Assembly (NCBI GenBank): GCA_029775855.1 | Contig: JARVJZ010000006.1 | Span: forward strand, 116,570-180,569 | DNA length: 64,000 nt | Direction: 5' to 3' | Origin: Nitrososphaeria archaeon | GTDB taxonomy: Archaea; Thermoproteota; Nitrososphaeria; Nitrososphaerales; JAAOZN01 | The notes under the pieces: model-generated | The model's database searches: none | What the model was told of the DNA's origin: nothing | The model's input: only the letters and a program-made list of their open reading frames with translations | Made by a program: the position numbers and the translations under genes | Shown here: positions 29,550 through 39,519 of the stretch, piece by piece | Layout: each line of letters begins with the position of its first letter | How positions within the stretch are numbered: the stretch's first letter is position 1

Positions 29550-30542
29550 ATGAGGTTCGGAGTAAGGCTGCCTAACTCAGGCCCCCTAGCGAGCAGAAAA
29601 TCAATCGTTGAAGCAGCAAAGACAGCAGAAGCCTTAGGCTACGACTCCATTTGGGTGCACGACCATATTGTCTGGGGAACAGAGCAGCATAGAACACACC
29701 TCTCAGCAGGCTCAGCCGAAGCCTTAACTGAACAGCAGCTACCCAACTTCTACGAATCTCTAACAACACTATCTGTCTTGGCTGGTATGACCGAGAGAGT
29801 AAAGCTCGGTGTAGCAGTCATCATACTCCCACTTAGAAACCCAGTGGTCTTAGCCAAGCAAACCTCAGTCTTAGATGTGTTGTCAGAGGGCAGGTTCTTG
29901 ATGGGAGTAGCCCCTGGAGCCCCTAAGATAACTGAAAAAGAGTTCGAGGCTGTTAATGTACCATACCACGAGAGAGGTAAGATAACTGATGATTACATTA
30001 AAGCCATCAAAGCTATCTGGACTATGCCCCTAGCAACATACAGCGGCAAATATGTCTCATTTAAAGAACTACAGATCTTTCCTAAACCCCTTCAGAAGCC
30101 ACATCCACCCATACTAATAGGTGGAGGAGAGAGGGGGCTAAGCGAAAAAGCATTCAAAAGAGCCTCTGAACTTGGCGAAGGCTGGATACCAGCCTACTTA
30201 ACTGAAGAAGAGTTGACGGAAGGTGTCAAGCGGCTTAGAGAGATGACCGCAGCAGCGGGCAGAACAGTTAAGATGATAGTTGGGTTAGAGATGTTCACAA
30301 GCATAGATAGCGTAGAAGAGAAGGCTCTAAACGCAGCCAAACAAACATTGACCACAAACTTCTCCTCACTCGAAGAAGGGTTAAGGAGAAGCTTTGTCGG
30401 CACACCAACCCAAATATCTAAGCGGCTGGAGGGTTATAGAGCAGCAGACTACTTTGAGTTAAAGTTCATCTATCCAAGCGTAGAGCGGTTTAAAGAGATG
30501 CTGAAGCTCTTCGCTGAGACAATCTTAAAATCGTTCAACTAA
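29550..30542 (+). CDS. LLM-class, probably F420-dependent oxidoreductase (TIGR03619-like)
   Basis: AEALGYDSIWVHDH, PLRNPVVLAKQ..LDVLSEGR, PKPLQKPHPPILIGG. Confidence 0.8.
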   Translation: MRFGVRLPNSGPLASRKSIVEAAKTAEALGYDSIWVHDHIVWGTEQHRTHLSAGSAEALTEQQLPNFYESLTTLSVLAGMTERVKLGVAVIILPLRNPVVLAKQTSVLDVLSEGRFLMGVAPGAPKITEKEFEAVNVPYHERGKITDDYIKAIKAIWTMPLATYSGKYVSFKELQIFPKPLQKPHPPILIGGGERGLSEKAFKRASELGEGWIPAYLTEEELTEGVKRLREMTAAAGRTVKMIVGLEMFTSIDSVEEKALNAAKQTLTTNFSSLEEGLRRSFVGTPTQISKRLEGYRAADYFELKFIYPSVERFKEMLKLFAETILKSFN

Positions 30543-30565
30543 AAAAATTTGGGGGAAGCCTTAGC

Positions 30566-31579
30566 CTAGTAGGGTATCACTACCTTACCATCTTTTATTA
30601 TTAGTCTACCATCGACTTCAATAGTAGGATCTCTTATCGTCGCGTCAATATGTGACTTGCTGACATTCTTGCCTCCTGGATAAGCGCTGTGGTTATCTCC
30701 TAATGCTAGGTGGATAGTGCCGAGCATACCCTTCTCTGACAAAGTGCCATATTTTTCAAGGTGCCCCGTTCCTATAGAGAACTCCGCAACAACATTTGCG
30801 TTTGCGTCAGAACCTTCGATGACCCTCTTCAGGTGTGCTGCTTCAGCGCCTCCTTTGAAATCGATTGCACGCCCATCCTTTACATACACTTGGATAGGCT
30901 CTTTCAACCCAAAGGGTGCGACGATATTCATTACACCGTCTGCAACATACACACCGTTCGCTGAGTCCTCAACGGCTGCGAAGGCGATCTCGCCCCAGAG
31001 GGGCATAGGACCCATCATCACACCTTTTTCTCTTATTGGTGTGACTAGAAGAGGAGGTCTCCCTTTTATGGAAAGAGTCAGATTAGTCCCTTTTGCAGCG
31101 GTGATCTTAATCTTGTCTGCACCTTCAAACGCTTTAACTAAGGCTTCAGTCCTCCTCTGCACTTGCAATATGTCATCTACTGTGAGACCCCAGGTGCCCA
31201 AACCTTCCTCTACCGAAGCAATCTTAGCTTGATTATCCACCGCAGTCCTAACAGCCTTAGTGTGAGCAAACCTATGCGCAAAATCTATGTTAGTCTTGAT
31301 TATCACAACATCTGAAGATGTTACCGCACCAAAGACATTCTTAGGAGGCTCGGGAATACCCGGCGCTAAAAGACCTCTAGCAACTTGAGAAGATATATCG
31401 AGCACTATAACATCGCCACCAGCAGCGTTAGCAGCCGCGGCTAAGGCTTCTGCTTCAAGCCTATGCTCTGCATCCATAAGCACCGTGACTACTTCCCCCG
31501 GTTGAACACGGTATCCTTGTGTGATGCAGACCGTCGCTTCTTTGAGTGCTGTGATGAATGAGGTCATATGCATCAACAT
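30566..31579 (-). CDS. M29/leucyl-aminopeptidase-like metallohydrolase (NicX-related fold)
   Basis: GTNLTL, GEIA, VAEFSIGT, EKGMLGTIHLALGDN, SHID. Confidence 0.75.
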   Translation of the reverse strand: MLMHMTSFITALKEATVCITQGYRVQPGEVVTVLMDAEHRLEAEALAAAANAAGGDVIVLDISSQVARGLLAPGIPEPPKNVFGAVTSSDVVIIKTNIDFAHRFAHTKAVRTAVDNQAKIASVEEGLGTWGLTVDDILQVQRRTEALVKAFEGADKIKITAAKGTNLTLSIKGRPPLLVTPIREKGVMMGPMPLWGEIAFAAVEDSANGVYVADGVMNIVAPFGLKEPIQVYVKDGRAIDFKGGAEAAHLKRVIEGSDANANVVAEFSIGTGHLEKYGTLSEKGMLGTIHLALGDNHSAYPGGKNVSKSHIDATIRDPTIEVDGRLIIKDGKVVIPY

Positions 31580-31613
31580 AAGTTAGAGTTTAGGTTTTAT
31601 TTAAATCAGTCCA

Positions 31614-31979
31614 CTAATCTTGCGCTACTGTAGGTGGATACTCAGGGTAAGAAAAGACGTAAACCATAGTGACATCGTCTTCGCCGTCGTTGACTACTGC
31701 GTGTGCTATGTTTGGTGGTATATATAGCGCGTCTCCTGCTTCAAAGTAGACGTAGCCGTTATCAAGCTCTAGCTTACCTTTTCCTGATATGACGAAGCAG
31801 AGTTCCTCTTCGCTATGTGTAAGCTTTTTTGTCTTGGTTTTCGGTTTGAAAGTTGAGTAGCCAAGCATACATTTTTTTGAACCGGCTAATTTTGAGGTTA
31901 TGAGTTCTTGGACCCAGCTACCTCCCGCTAATTCTGTGCGTCTACCTGAGCCTAGTTTTACCACTTTTATGCTGCTCAA
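31614..31979 (-). CDS. cupin domain protein
   Basis: THSEEELCFVISGKG, GDALYIPPNIAHAVVN. Confidence 0.85.
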   Translation of the reverse strand: MSSIKVVKLGSGRRTELAGGSWVQELITSKLAGSKKCMLGYSTFKPKTKTKKLTHSEEELCFVISGKGKLELDNGYVYFEAGDALYIPPNIAHAVVNDGEDDVTMVYVFSYPEYPPTVAQD

Positions 31980-32001
31980 CTAACTGTTGCCTCTACGGCG
32001 A

Positions 32002-32430
32002 CTATTTTTTCTCCGTTGTAACCTCTTTTGTCCAGTAGAAGGGTTTGCCTTCTCTTACTTTTTGCTCTTCGTCTTCCGCTGCAAGCACCGCATCCATCCC
32101 ACTGTCTACCCAAGTGGACCAACCAGCAAGCCAAGTGCAGAGTTCAACAGCTTCTTCAACTTCCTTCGCTGTTGCGCCGAGCCTTACTGCTCTTCTGGCG
32201 TGGCTCTTTCCACCTTCACCGCGTCCAAGAGCGACTTCAACAGCGACGATAATTAACTCCTTGATCTTTTCTGGTAAAGCGCCTTCAGGAGCACCTTTAG
32301 GTTTGAGTGTTGCTTTTCTCATTGTGACGAAGCCTCTGAGCAACTCAGGATTATATCGGTCCATAGCTTCGAAGACTGGATGTATTCTACCGAACTTCTC
32401 CATCAAATACTCTTTAATATCCTCATCCAT
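32002..32430 (-). CDS. carboxymuconolactone decarboxylase (CMD/AhpD) family protein
   Basis: GALPEKIKELIIVAV, SHARRAVRLGATAKEV.EA; no CxxC. ATG at 32430. Confidence 0.82.
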   Translation of the reverse strand: MDEDIKEYLMEKFGRIHPVFEAMDRYNPELLRGFVTMRKATLKPKGAPEGALPEKIKELIIVAVEVALGRGEGGKSHARRAVRLGATAKEVEEAVELCTWLAGWSTWVDSGMDAVLAAEDEEQKVREGKPFYWTKEVTTEKK

Positions 32431-32559
32431 TATTATCAACACTTTGTCTTTTTCTCTAAGATTTAAGTTTAAAAGGGCTTATAGAGCGGCATCACAACAG
32501 TAATTACCTAACTCGCAAAAACCTTAATTTGAATGTTTACCAGCATCAAATGATCAAAG

Positions 32560-33681
32560 TTGGCAGGATGGCTTGCACGGAGAAATGTTAGGTTGCTTAT
32601 GACTCCTGGTCCAGTGGAGGTTTCCCCTAGGGTGTTAGCGGCTTTATCTTCTCCTCAGATATATCACTACTACCCTGGCTTCATAGATTTCTTTGAGGAT
32701 ACTGTTGAGAAGGTTAAGCGGGTCTTTCAGACGAAGCAGGATGTTATCTTGATGCAAGGTGAAGGAGTACTTGGCTTAGAGGCTGCTGTGGCTAATATCA
32801 TTGATCCAGGTGATAAGGTCTTGGTCTGCGACTCAGGGCCGTTTGGCAAGTGGTTTAGGGTCTATGTTGAGAATTATGGCGGTGTGGCTGTTGAGGCTTC
32901 GGTTGATCCTCGTGAAGTTATGGATGTTGAGTTGGTTAAGAGAGTGATGGATGATCATAAAGATCTAAAGGCTCTGACTATAGTTCACTGTGAGACACCT
33001 TGCGGCACCCTAAATCCAGTTGGAGAGATCTGTAGAGAGGCTAAGAAGCGCGGATTAATAACGATTGTGGATGCAGTAGCATCCCTAGGTGGAGTGGAGG
33101 TTAAGCCGGATGATTGGGGTATTGATGTTTGCATCTCAGCCTCTCAGAAATGCATCTCATCAACAGCAGGATTAACATTAATGACAGTTAGTCAAAATGC
33201 TTGGCAAGCTATGGAAGCTAAGAAGAAGCCGCTAAGAAACTCTTACCTCAGCATCTTAGATTACCGAGAGACTTGGCTTAAGCAGAAACGCTTCCCCTTC
33301 ACGCCGCTTGTAGCAGAAGTCTATGCGTTAAACGAGGCTGTATCCGAGCTGCTGGAGGAAGGGCTTGAGCAGTCATTTAAGAGGCATCGCGAGGCTGCTG
33401 AGCTATGTAGAAGGTACAGTAGGGAGATTGGGCTGACTCTATGGCCTAAGAAGGATGAGTATGCATCAAACACGGTTACCGCTGTAGAGGTTCCAACTCA
33501 ATACTCTGACAAGACGATAGTTGAGCATATGGCTGAGAAATATGGTGTGCTGATAGGCGGAGGATACGGTGAAACAAAAGGTAGAGTGCTAAGGGTAGGA
33601 CATATGGGATACCAAGCTACCACAGCGAACATAATCACAACTATGGAAGCGCTCCGGTTAACACTCAGAGACCTTAGCTAG
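32560..33681 (+). CDS. pyridoxamine--pyruvate aminotransferase-like class V aminotransferase
   Basis: TPGP, VDAV.S, SQKC, RVGHMG; QGEGVLGLEAA and FPFTP match PPAT (HGEPVLGLEAA, FPFTP as recalled). Confidence 0.8.
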   Translation: MAGWLARRNVRLLMTPGPVEVSPRVLAALSSPQIYHYYPGFIDFFEDTVEKVKRVFQTKQDVILMQGEGVLGLEAAVANIIDPGDKVLVCDSGPFGKWFRVYVENYGGVAVEASVDPREVMDVELVKRVMDDHKDLKALTIVHCETPCGTLNPVGEICREAKKRGLITIVDAVASLGGVEVKPDDWGIDVCISASQKCISSTAGLTLMTVSQNAWQAMEAKKKPLRNSYLSILDYRETWLKQKRFPFTPLVAEVYALNEAVSELLEEGLEQSFKRHREAAELCRRYSREIGLTLWPKKDEYASNTVTAVEVPTQYSDKTIVEHMAEKYGVLIGGGYGETKGRVLRVGHMGYQATTANIITTMEALRLTLRDLS

Positions 33682-33683
33682 AT

Positions 33684-34424
33684 TTATTCTAGCGCAAAGA
33701 GCTGAAGCGCGTTTCTCCCCAGCACAAGCTCTAATTCTTTTTCAGATAAATCTGCCACCATAACCTTCGTGAGTTCTACAGCATAGTGGTGGAAGGGCAC
33801 ATCAGAACCCCAGAGGACTCGTTCAGCACCCAACATCTTCACTGCTTCAAGAATCTTAGTATGCATAGGCATCCCTGATGGTTCAAGGTAGATGTTCTTT
33901 CTTCTAGAAGCGACTTCTAAACTGCCGTTTATGTACACTATGTGACCGTGTCCCATATGCCCCAACACTATAGGCACATTGTTGAATTTTTCAGCCAAGG
34001 GTTCATAGCTCCAAGGCAGTGTGAAGGGGGGATGCCCACAGTGGGCAAGAACCCTCCAACCAGCATCCTTAACTAAACACATAACTTCATTCAACACTTC
34101 TGGCGTAGGTAGGTAGCCGTCAAGTAGAGGGTGAAGCTTCACGCCAACAAACTTGGGGTCATTTAGATGCTTTTCAAGAAACTTTATGGTTTTAGAATCC
34201 TTCGGGTTCGCCCAGACCATTCCATACAGCTCTTTATGCGCTTTAACAGCCTTTTCAACACTCTCATTGTCGGATGTAAAGATGATTGCTCTTTTGATGT
34301 TATATTTGTTAAGAGATTTAATTATCTCATCTGCGCTCAGCTTAACGTTGAAAATTGGGTAGATGCCTATGTGAGCATGGGCATCAACTATGCTGAACCT
34401 TTTACCTAAATCTTTAATCTCCAA
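33684..34424 (-). CDS. amidohydrolase-2 family metalloenzyme
   Basis: DAHAH, GVKLHP, HCG, GHMG, LWGSDVP. Confidence 0.85.
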   Translation of the reverse strand: MEIKDLGKRFSIVDAHAHIGIYPIFNVKLSADEIIKSLNKYNIKRAIIFTSDNESVEKAVKAHKELYGMVWANPKDSKTIKFLEKHLNDPKFVGVKLHPLLDGYLPTPEVLNEVMCLVKDAGWRVLAHCGHPPFTLPWSYEPLAEKFNNVPIVLGHMGHGHIVYINGSLEVASRRKNIYLEPSGMPMHTKILEAVKMLGAERVLWGSDVPFHHYAVELTKVMVADLSEKELELVLGRNALQLFALE

Positions 34425-34622
34425 GCGATGTTATATTGTGATAGGTTTTAATTATTCTTTTAGAGGCAGGGTATAAAACAATTGAAGCAATTTAATATAT
34501 AGGAGCTGACGATTTATTGTTACTTCTACATAACACGGTACTTATAAATGCAGATTTATTTAGAGCAAACTTTTGAGCATAAAGTTTAAAGTCATATACT
34601 ACCAACCAGATAGCTACCGAAT

Positions 34623-35834
34623 ATGCCATCTAAAGAACTTCGTAAGAAGGAAATAGGCGTGTCTACAGCTGTCGCGGTTGGCGCAATAATAATCATCGCA
34701 ATTATAGCTGGTGTTGCAGGCTACTTTGGTGGTGCTGGGCAAGTAGTAACAACAACCGTAACTGAGCGTCAAACAACAACAGCAACAGTAACACAGACAG
34801 CAGCAGCCCAAACCATAACACAAACAGTAACACAAACGGTAGCTGGGGAAGGAGTATTAGGCAGAAAGTTGAAGGTAGCGGTAATAGTGCCTGGCAGAGC
34901 GAACGACTACGGTTGGAACCAGGAGGGTGTAGAGGGATTAAGGAAAGTTGCATCAAAGTTTGGTGCAGAATTCTCATTTAGTGAGGGACTAGGTTACGGT
35001 GAACCACCACTTCGGGCTATGGAAGATTACATTAGAAAGGGATATGATCTGGTAATAGGCCACGCTGGCGGCTATAGAGAGTTCGTCCTAGAGGCAGCTA
35101 GAACTGGTAAAATAGGCACAAGTAAGGTTCTGATCGTAAGCGAGGCTAAAGAGGGTGAGGAGGAGAAGGATGTAGTTCCAGGCAAGGTTGGAACCTACTC
35201 ATTCGTAGTCTGGGCCGCTTCATACCCAGCGGGCTACCTCGCTGGTCTAATGACTAAATCTAACGTTGTAGGTATAGTTCAATCTGTTGAGACGGATATC
35301 AACTGGATCAGGCAGAGCGCAGCATTTGCACAAGGACTTAAAGCAGCTAATCCTAAAGCTAAGCTACTCTTTACAGTTGTAGGCTCATATGAAGACCCGG
35401 CGAAAGGGAAAGAGTTTACCGCTGCGCAGATCGGGCTTGGTGCTGATGTGATCTTTGGGCAAGGTGATGGCACATCTTTCGGCATAATGGATGCCTGCAG
35501 GGATGCTGGAGTTTGGTTTATCGATGTGATAGGTGATAAGAGGGCTATAGATGAGAAAGGCATACTATTAACTTCTGTACTCTGGGACTTCTCGAAGGCA
35601 TATGAGCAAGCTCTGATAGACATTTATAATGGTGAATTCGGTAAACATAACTATTATATGTCGCATGCGAACCAAGCAATCTACTTACTCACCCTAAACC
35701 CGAAGGTACCAGCTGATATAGCTACAAAGGTAAGTGAAGTTAGCAGGAAGATTCAAGCTGGAGAGATCAAAGTGAAGATTCCAGATAACATCGAGGATCT
35801 ACACGCCATATTCAGGGAACTCGGCTACGAGTAG
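34623..35834 (+). CDS. BMP family ABC transporter substrate-binding protein
   Basis: N-terminal TM anchor and Thr-rich linker; DYGWNQ, GYLAGLMTKSNVVG, GSYEDPAKGKE, GADVI. Confidence 0.9.
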   Translation: MPSKELRKKEIGVSTAVAVGAIIIIAIIAGVAGYFGGAGQVVTTTVTERQTTTATVTQTAAAQTITQTVTQTVAGEGVLGRKLKVAVIVPGRANDYGWNQEGVEGLRKVASKFGAEFSFSEGLGYGEPPLRAMEDYIRKGYDLVIGHAGGYREFVLEAARTGKIGTSKVLIVSEAKEGEEEKDVVPGKVGTYSFVVWAASYPAGYLAGLMTKSNVVGIVQSVETDINWIRQSAAFAQGLKAANPKAKLLFTVVGSYEDPAKGKEFTAAQIGLGADVIFGQGDGTSFGIMDACRDAGVWFIDVIGDKRAIDEKGILLTSVLWDFSKAYEQALIDIYNGEFGKHNYYMSHANQAIYLLTLNPKVPADIATKVSEVSRKIQAGEIKVKIPDNIEDLHAIFRELGYE

Positions 35835-35859
35835 CCGAGCCCATATTTTTCTTTTTCAA

Positions 35860-37008
35860 GTGTTGATTAGGTGTTTGAGTAATATGGTTAAAGTTTATAA
35901 TGAAGATAAAAAAGATTTAAGCAGATTGAGTAAGGAAGGTTTAGCCATAGAGGCGAAGGTAAGCCCTATTAGTGTATTGGTATCTTCAATTAAGCCTGCT
36001 CTTTCAACGATTATAGGTATAGTAGGTGGTATGGCCGCTGGCTCCATAGTGCTTTGGTTAACAGGTTTTGATCCGGGATATGTTTACTATACGATCTTTG
36101 CGCAAGCTTGGGGCACGTCCTTCGGTGTAGGTAAGATGTCTATTACGATGATGCCTCTTCTGATAATAGGTGTTGGGCTGCTCTTTTGCTTTAAAGCTGG
36201 AACTTGGAATATAGGTGCACAAGGGCAGATGATCTTAGGCGCACTTTTCGCTAATGTGGCTGGGTATGCTTTTGGGCCTCTGCCGGCGCCTATTCTTATA
36301 CCTATTGTGCTTATCGCAAGCATAGTTGGTGGTTTACTCTGGATTCTTCCAGCTGCTGTTATGAAGGCTAAGTGGGGGATAAATGAAGTCGTTACTACTA
36401 TGCTTTTCAACTTCTTAGGGATATTTTTGCTGATGTATCTTGTTAAGAGCCCACTTAGATATCCAAAGGAATATCATCCAATCACACAGCCAATCTACCC
36501 TTCAGCGCAGCTCCCTATGCTCCCTGGTGTTCCTATTCACAGTGGTCTAATTATCGGGTTAGCGCTTGCCATCTTCACATATATCTTCTTTACAAAGACA
36601 ACATTAGGCTTTCAATTCAGAATAATAGGGAGCAACTTGAAAGCTGCCAGATACGCTGGGCTACGCATACCTTGGCTAATCTTTTACTCCTTAATCATTA
36701 GCGGTGCAATATGTGGGTTAGCTGGTGGGGTTCAGCTCTCCGGTACTATGCGCTTTCTCGACCCAGACTGGGTCCCTTGGTACGGTTTTCAAGCGGTACC
36801 TCTAGTCTTCTTAGCTAGGTTAAACGCGATAGCACTAATACCCTTCTCATTCTTCTTCGCGTCCTTACTCATAGGAGGTGATCTAATGCACAGGATAGTT
36901 GGTCTACCAGTATTCTTTGTGGATGTAATCTTCGGCTTGATGCTCATACTGTTCGCTGCTTCTGAATCTATCAAATACGTCAGGCTAAAGAAGCGGGGTG
37001 CAAAGTGA
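35860..37008 (+). CDS. ABC transporter permease (nucleoside/BMP-type)
   Basis: WNIGAQGQ, INEVVTT.L.N, ISGAICGLAG. Start may be downstream. Confidence 0.9.
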   Translation: MLIRCLSNMVKVYNEDKKDLSRLSKEGLAIEAKVSPISVLVSSIKPALSTIIGIVGGMAAGSIVLWLTGFDPGYVYYTIFAQAWGTSFGVGKMSITMMPLLIIGVGLLFCFKAGTWNIGAQGQMILGALFANVAGYAFGPLPAPILIPIVLIASIVGGLLWILPAAVMKAKWGINEVVTTMLFNFLGIFLLMYLVKSPLRYPKEYHPITQPIYPSAQLPMLPGVPIHSGLIIGLALAIFTYIFFTKTTLGFQFRIIGSNLKAARYAGLRIPWLIFYSLIISGAICGLAGGVQLSGTMRFLDPDWVPWYGFQAVPLVFLARLNAIALIPFSFFFASLLIGGDLMHRIVGLPVFFVDVIFGLMLILFAASESIKYVRLKKRGAK

Positions 37009-37958
37009 TCCCTATGATAGACCCTATCTTAACGATGTTCATAACATTCATATTAGCCAGCATGCTTAGAGTAGCAACGCCAATCTTACTTGCAGCTTTA
37101 GGCGAATGCTATGTGGAGAATGCTGGGATACTTAACCTAGGTATAGAGGGGATAATGCTCTTCTCAGCCTTTACGAGCTTTTTAGGGGCAGTAGCAACCA
37201 ACTCGAGTCTCATAGGGCTGGGGGTGGGTTTATGCACCGGTCTGGTCTTAGCGTTGATCTTAGCGGTTCTCTATGTTACTCTTAAATCAGACCAGATCGT
37301 TGTGGGCATAGCCTTCTCTTTATCAGCGATAGGTTTCACAAGCCTATACTTCAGAATACTCTATGGAACTACACTACCTAGGCTCCCAGTTAAAGAGTGG
37401 ATTGTGACTGTTCCTCAACTTGCAGATGTACCGATTATAGGTAGAGTGTTCTTTAATCAACCATTCATGGTTTATGTGAGCATCGCTTTGGTCCCCATCT
37501 TCTACTATATTCTCTACAGAACACGCTTTGGGCTAAAGGTCAGAACACTTGGTGAAAACCCAGTAGTTGCAGACACAGCAGGGGTCAACGTCTTCCTCTA
37601 CCGCTACATAGTTATGCTCATAGGCGGAATGCTCGCTGGCGTAGGTGGGGCATACTTATCGCTCTACCAAGTTTCACTCTTCCAAGACAACATGATCCAA
37701 GGCCGAGGATATGTAGCTATAGCGATAGTTATGTTCGCCAGATGGAACCCTCTAAAGATCTTAGCTGGAGCGCTGCTCTACGGTGGAGCAGAAGCCTTTG
37801 CGGGTGCAATACAAGCACTAGGATACCTACGCACAATACCTGCAGAAATAGTTCTTATGCTGCCTTATCTAATAACTATTGTTGGGCTTGTTGTGCTTGC
37901 TCGGCGTGCACGCTTCCCACCAGCATTTGCAAGACCATATAGGAGGGAGATGAGATGA
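37005..37958 (+). CDS. ABC transporter permease (nucleoside/BMP-type)
   Basis: ATPILLAALGE, GILNLGIEG, GENP..ADTAGVNV, GRGYVAIA. Confidence 0.92.
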   Translation: MIPMIDPILTMFITFILASMLRVATPILLAALGECYVENAGILNLGIEGIMLFSAFTSFLGAVATNSSLIGLGVGLCTGLVLALILAVLYVTLKSDQIVVGIAFSLSAIGFTSLYFRILYGTTLPRLPVKEWIVTVPQLADVPIIGRVFFNQPFMVYVSIALVPIFYYILYRTRFGLKVRTLGENPVVADTAGVNVFLYRYIVMLIGGMLAGVGGAYLSLYQVSLFQDNMIQGRGYVAIAIVMFARWNPLKILAGALLYGGAEAFAGAIQALGYLRTIPAEIVLMLPYLITIVGLVVLARRARFPPAFARPYRREMR

Positions 37959-39478
37959 GTAAAGAAGACTATGCTGTGCAGATGAGAGGCATAACAAAAA
38001 CCTTCCCAGGGGTAGTGGCGAACAAAAATGTTGATTTAGATTTAAGGAAGGGTGAAATACACGGGCTTTTAGGTGAAAACGGTGCAGGCAAAACAACTCT
38101 AATGAACATACTATCCGGATTCTACAAACCAGATGAAGGAGAGATATATGTTGAAGGAAAGCGTGTTAAGATGCATTCACCTAAAGACGCGCTTAAGCTC
38201 GGTATAGGCATGGTTTACCAACACTTTACACTGGTTCCAGAATTCAAGGTAGTCGAAAACATCATGCTCGGTATGGATGTAGTAGGGAAGAAGCTGAGCC
38301 TAAAAGCAACAGCTAACCTAATAGAAGAGCAGGCTAAACAACTTGGCTTTACAGTAGACCCTTGGAGCAAAGTAGCAGATCTATCCTTAGGCGAGCAGCA
38401 GAAAGTAGAGATTCTCAAAGTTCTCCTACGCGGAGCCAAAGTAATTATATTAGACGAACCGACCTCGGTATTAGCACCGGTAGAAATAGCGGGCTTATTC
38501 AACGTGTTAAAGCAGCTCGCATCTCAAGGCAAATCGATTGTTTTTATCACACATAAGCTTAATGAAGTTATGGAGATCTGCGACAGAATAACCGTGCTCA
38601 GAAGTGGAATGAAGATAGGAACGTTAAACAGAAGTGAAATTGCATCAACATTAGATATCATAAAGATGATGTTTGGCGTAGAGGCTGAACCGGCACTTGC
38701 AGCAGAAGTTCCAAAAGAACTAGGTAAAGAAGTTCTAAAAGTAGAGAATCTCGTTGTTGAAAGTGACAGAGGAATAGACGCCGTCAAAGGAGTCTCATTC
38801 ACAATAAGGGAAGGGGAGATTTTAGGGCTAGCAGGTATAGATGGAAATGGTCAAAAAGAACTCGCTGAAGCTCTGTCTAGAATAAGAAGCGTAAAGTCTG
38901 GAAAAATATACTTCAAAGGGGAAGACGTCACAGCTCTTAGCCCAGCAGATCTTTACTTAAAGGGAGTCACATACATAACCGATGACAGAATAAGTGAGGG
39001 GTTAATCCAAGACTTTACTTTAGCCGAGAACGTGGTGCTAAAAGACTTTAGAAAAAATGGTGTAAAACGTGGTTTATTTATCGACTGGAAGAAGATCACA
39101 GAAAACGGGCGGAAACTCGCCGAAGAATACGAGTTAGCCGCAGCAAAGCCAAACTCATTAGTCCAAACACTTTCAGGTGGCACACAGCAGAAGCTACTTG
39201 TAGCTAGGGAGATAGGCGGCGACGCATCACTTATAATTGCCAATCAACCAACACACGGAGTTGACGCAAAGACTACAGCATACATTAGAAAGAAGCTGAT
39301 AGAAAGCGCCGCTAAAGGCGCTGCTGTGCTCCTAATCTCTAACGATTTAGATGAGATATTCAGCTGCAGCAACACAATAGCGGTAATATACGAAGGCAGG
39401 ATTCTTGGCATCTTAGATAGACAAAGCGCCACAAGAGAAAATGTAGCTTACCTTATGATAGGTGTAAAGAAGGATTAG
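37955..39478 (+). CDS. ABC transporter ATP-binding protein (double NBD)
   Basis: GENGAGKTT, LDEPT, LSGGTQQK, QPTHGVD. Confidence 0.95.
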   Translation: MSKEDYAVQMRGITKTFPGVVANKNVDLDLRKGEIHGLLGENGAGKTTLMNILSGFYKPDEGEIYVEGKRVKMHSPKDALKLGIGMVYQHFTLVPEFKVVENIMLGMDVVGKKLSLKATANLIEEQAKQLGFTVDPWSKVADLSLGEQQKVEILKVLLRGAKVIILDEPTSVLAPVEIAGLFNVLKQLASQGKSIVFITHKLNEVMEICDRITVLRSGMKIGTLNRSEIASTLDIIKMMFGVEAEPALAAEVPKELGKEVLKVENLVVESDRGIDAVKGVSFTIREGEILGLAGIDGNGQKELAEALSRIRSVKSGKIYFKGEDVTALSPADLYLKGVTYITDDRISEGLIQDFTLAENVVLKDFRKNGVKRGLFIDWKKITENGRKLAEEYELAAAKPNSLVQTLSGGTQQKLLVAREIGGDASLIIANQPTHGVDAKTTAYIRKKLIESAAKGAAVLLISNDLDEIFSCSNTIAVIYEGRILGILDRQSATRENVAYLMIGVKKD

Positions 39479-39519
39479 CAGTTAAATAAGAGGATTAAGC
39501 TAAGAGTAAATAGGTTAAA

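Noticed and set aside
30566-31579. 2,5-dihydroxypyridine dioxygenase NicX
   Set aside because: The ligand pattern is M29-like (Glu in VAEFSIG); the fold is shared but dioxygenase activity is unsupported.
22985-34468. Shared 11-mer TTTTAGAGGCA in two cluster promoters (22985-22995 and 34458-34468) as a TrmB site
   Set aside because: Only two copies, non-palindromic; a chance match in AT-rich intergenic DNA is plausible.
34740-34840. ACA/GTA-rich repeats and a Cys-rich antisense ORF (34614-34835)
   Set aside because: Explained by the Thr/Val-rich linker of the substrate-binding protein; not CRISPR and not a real gene.
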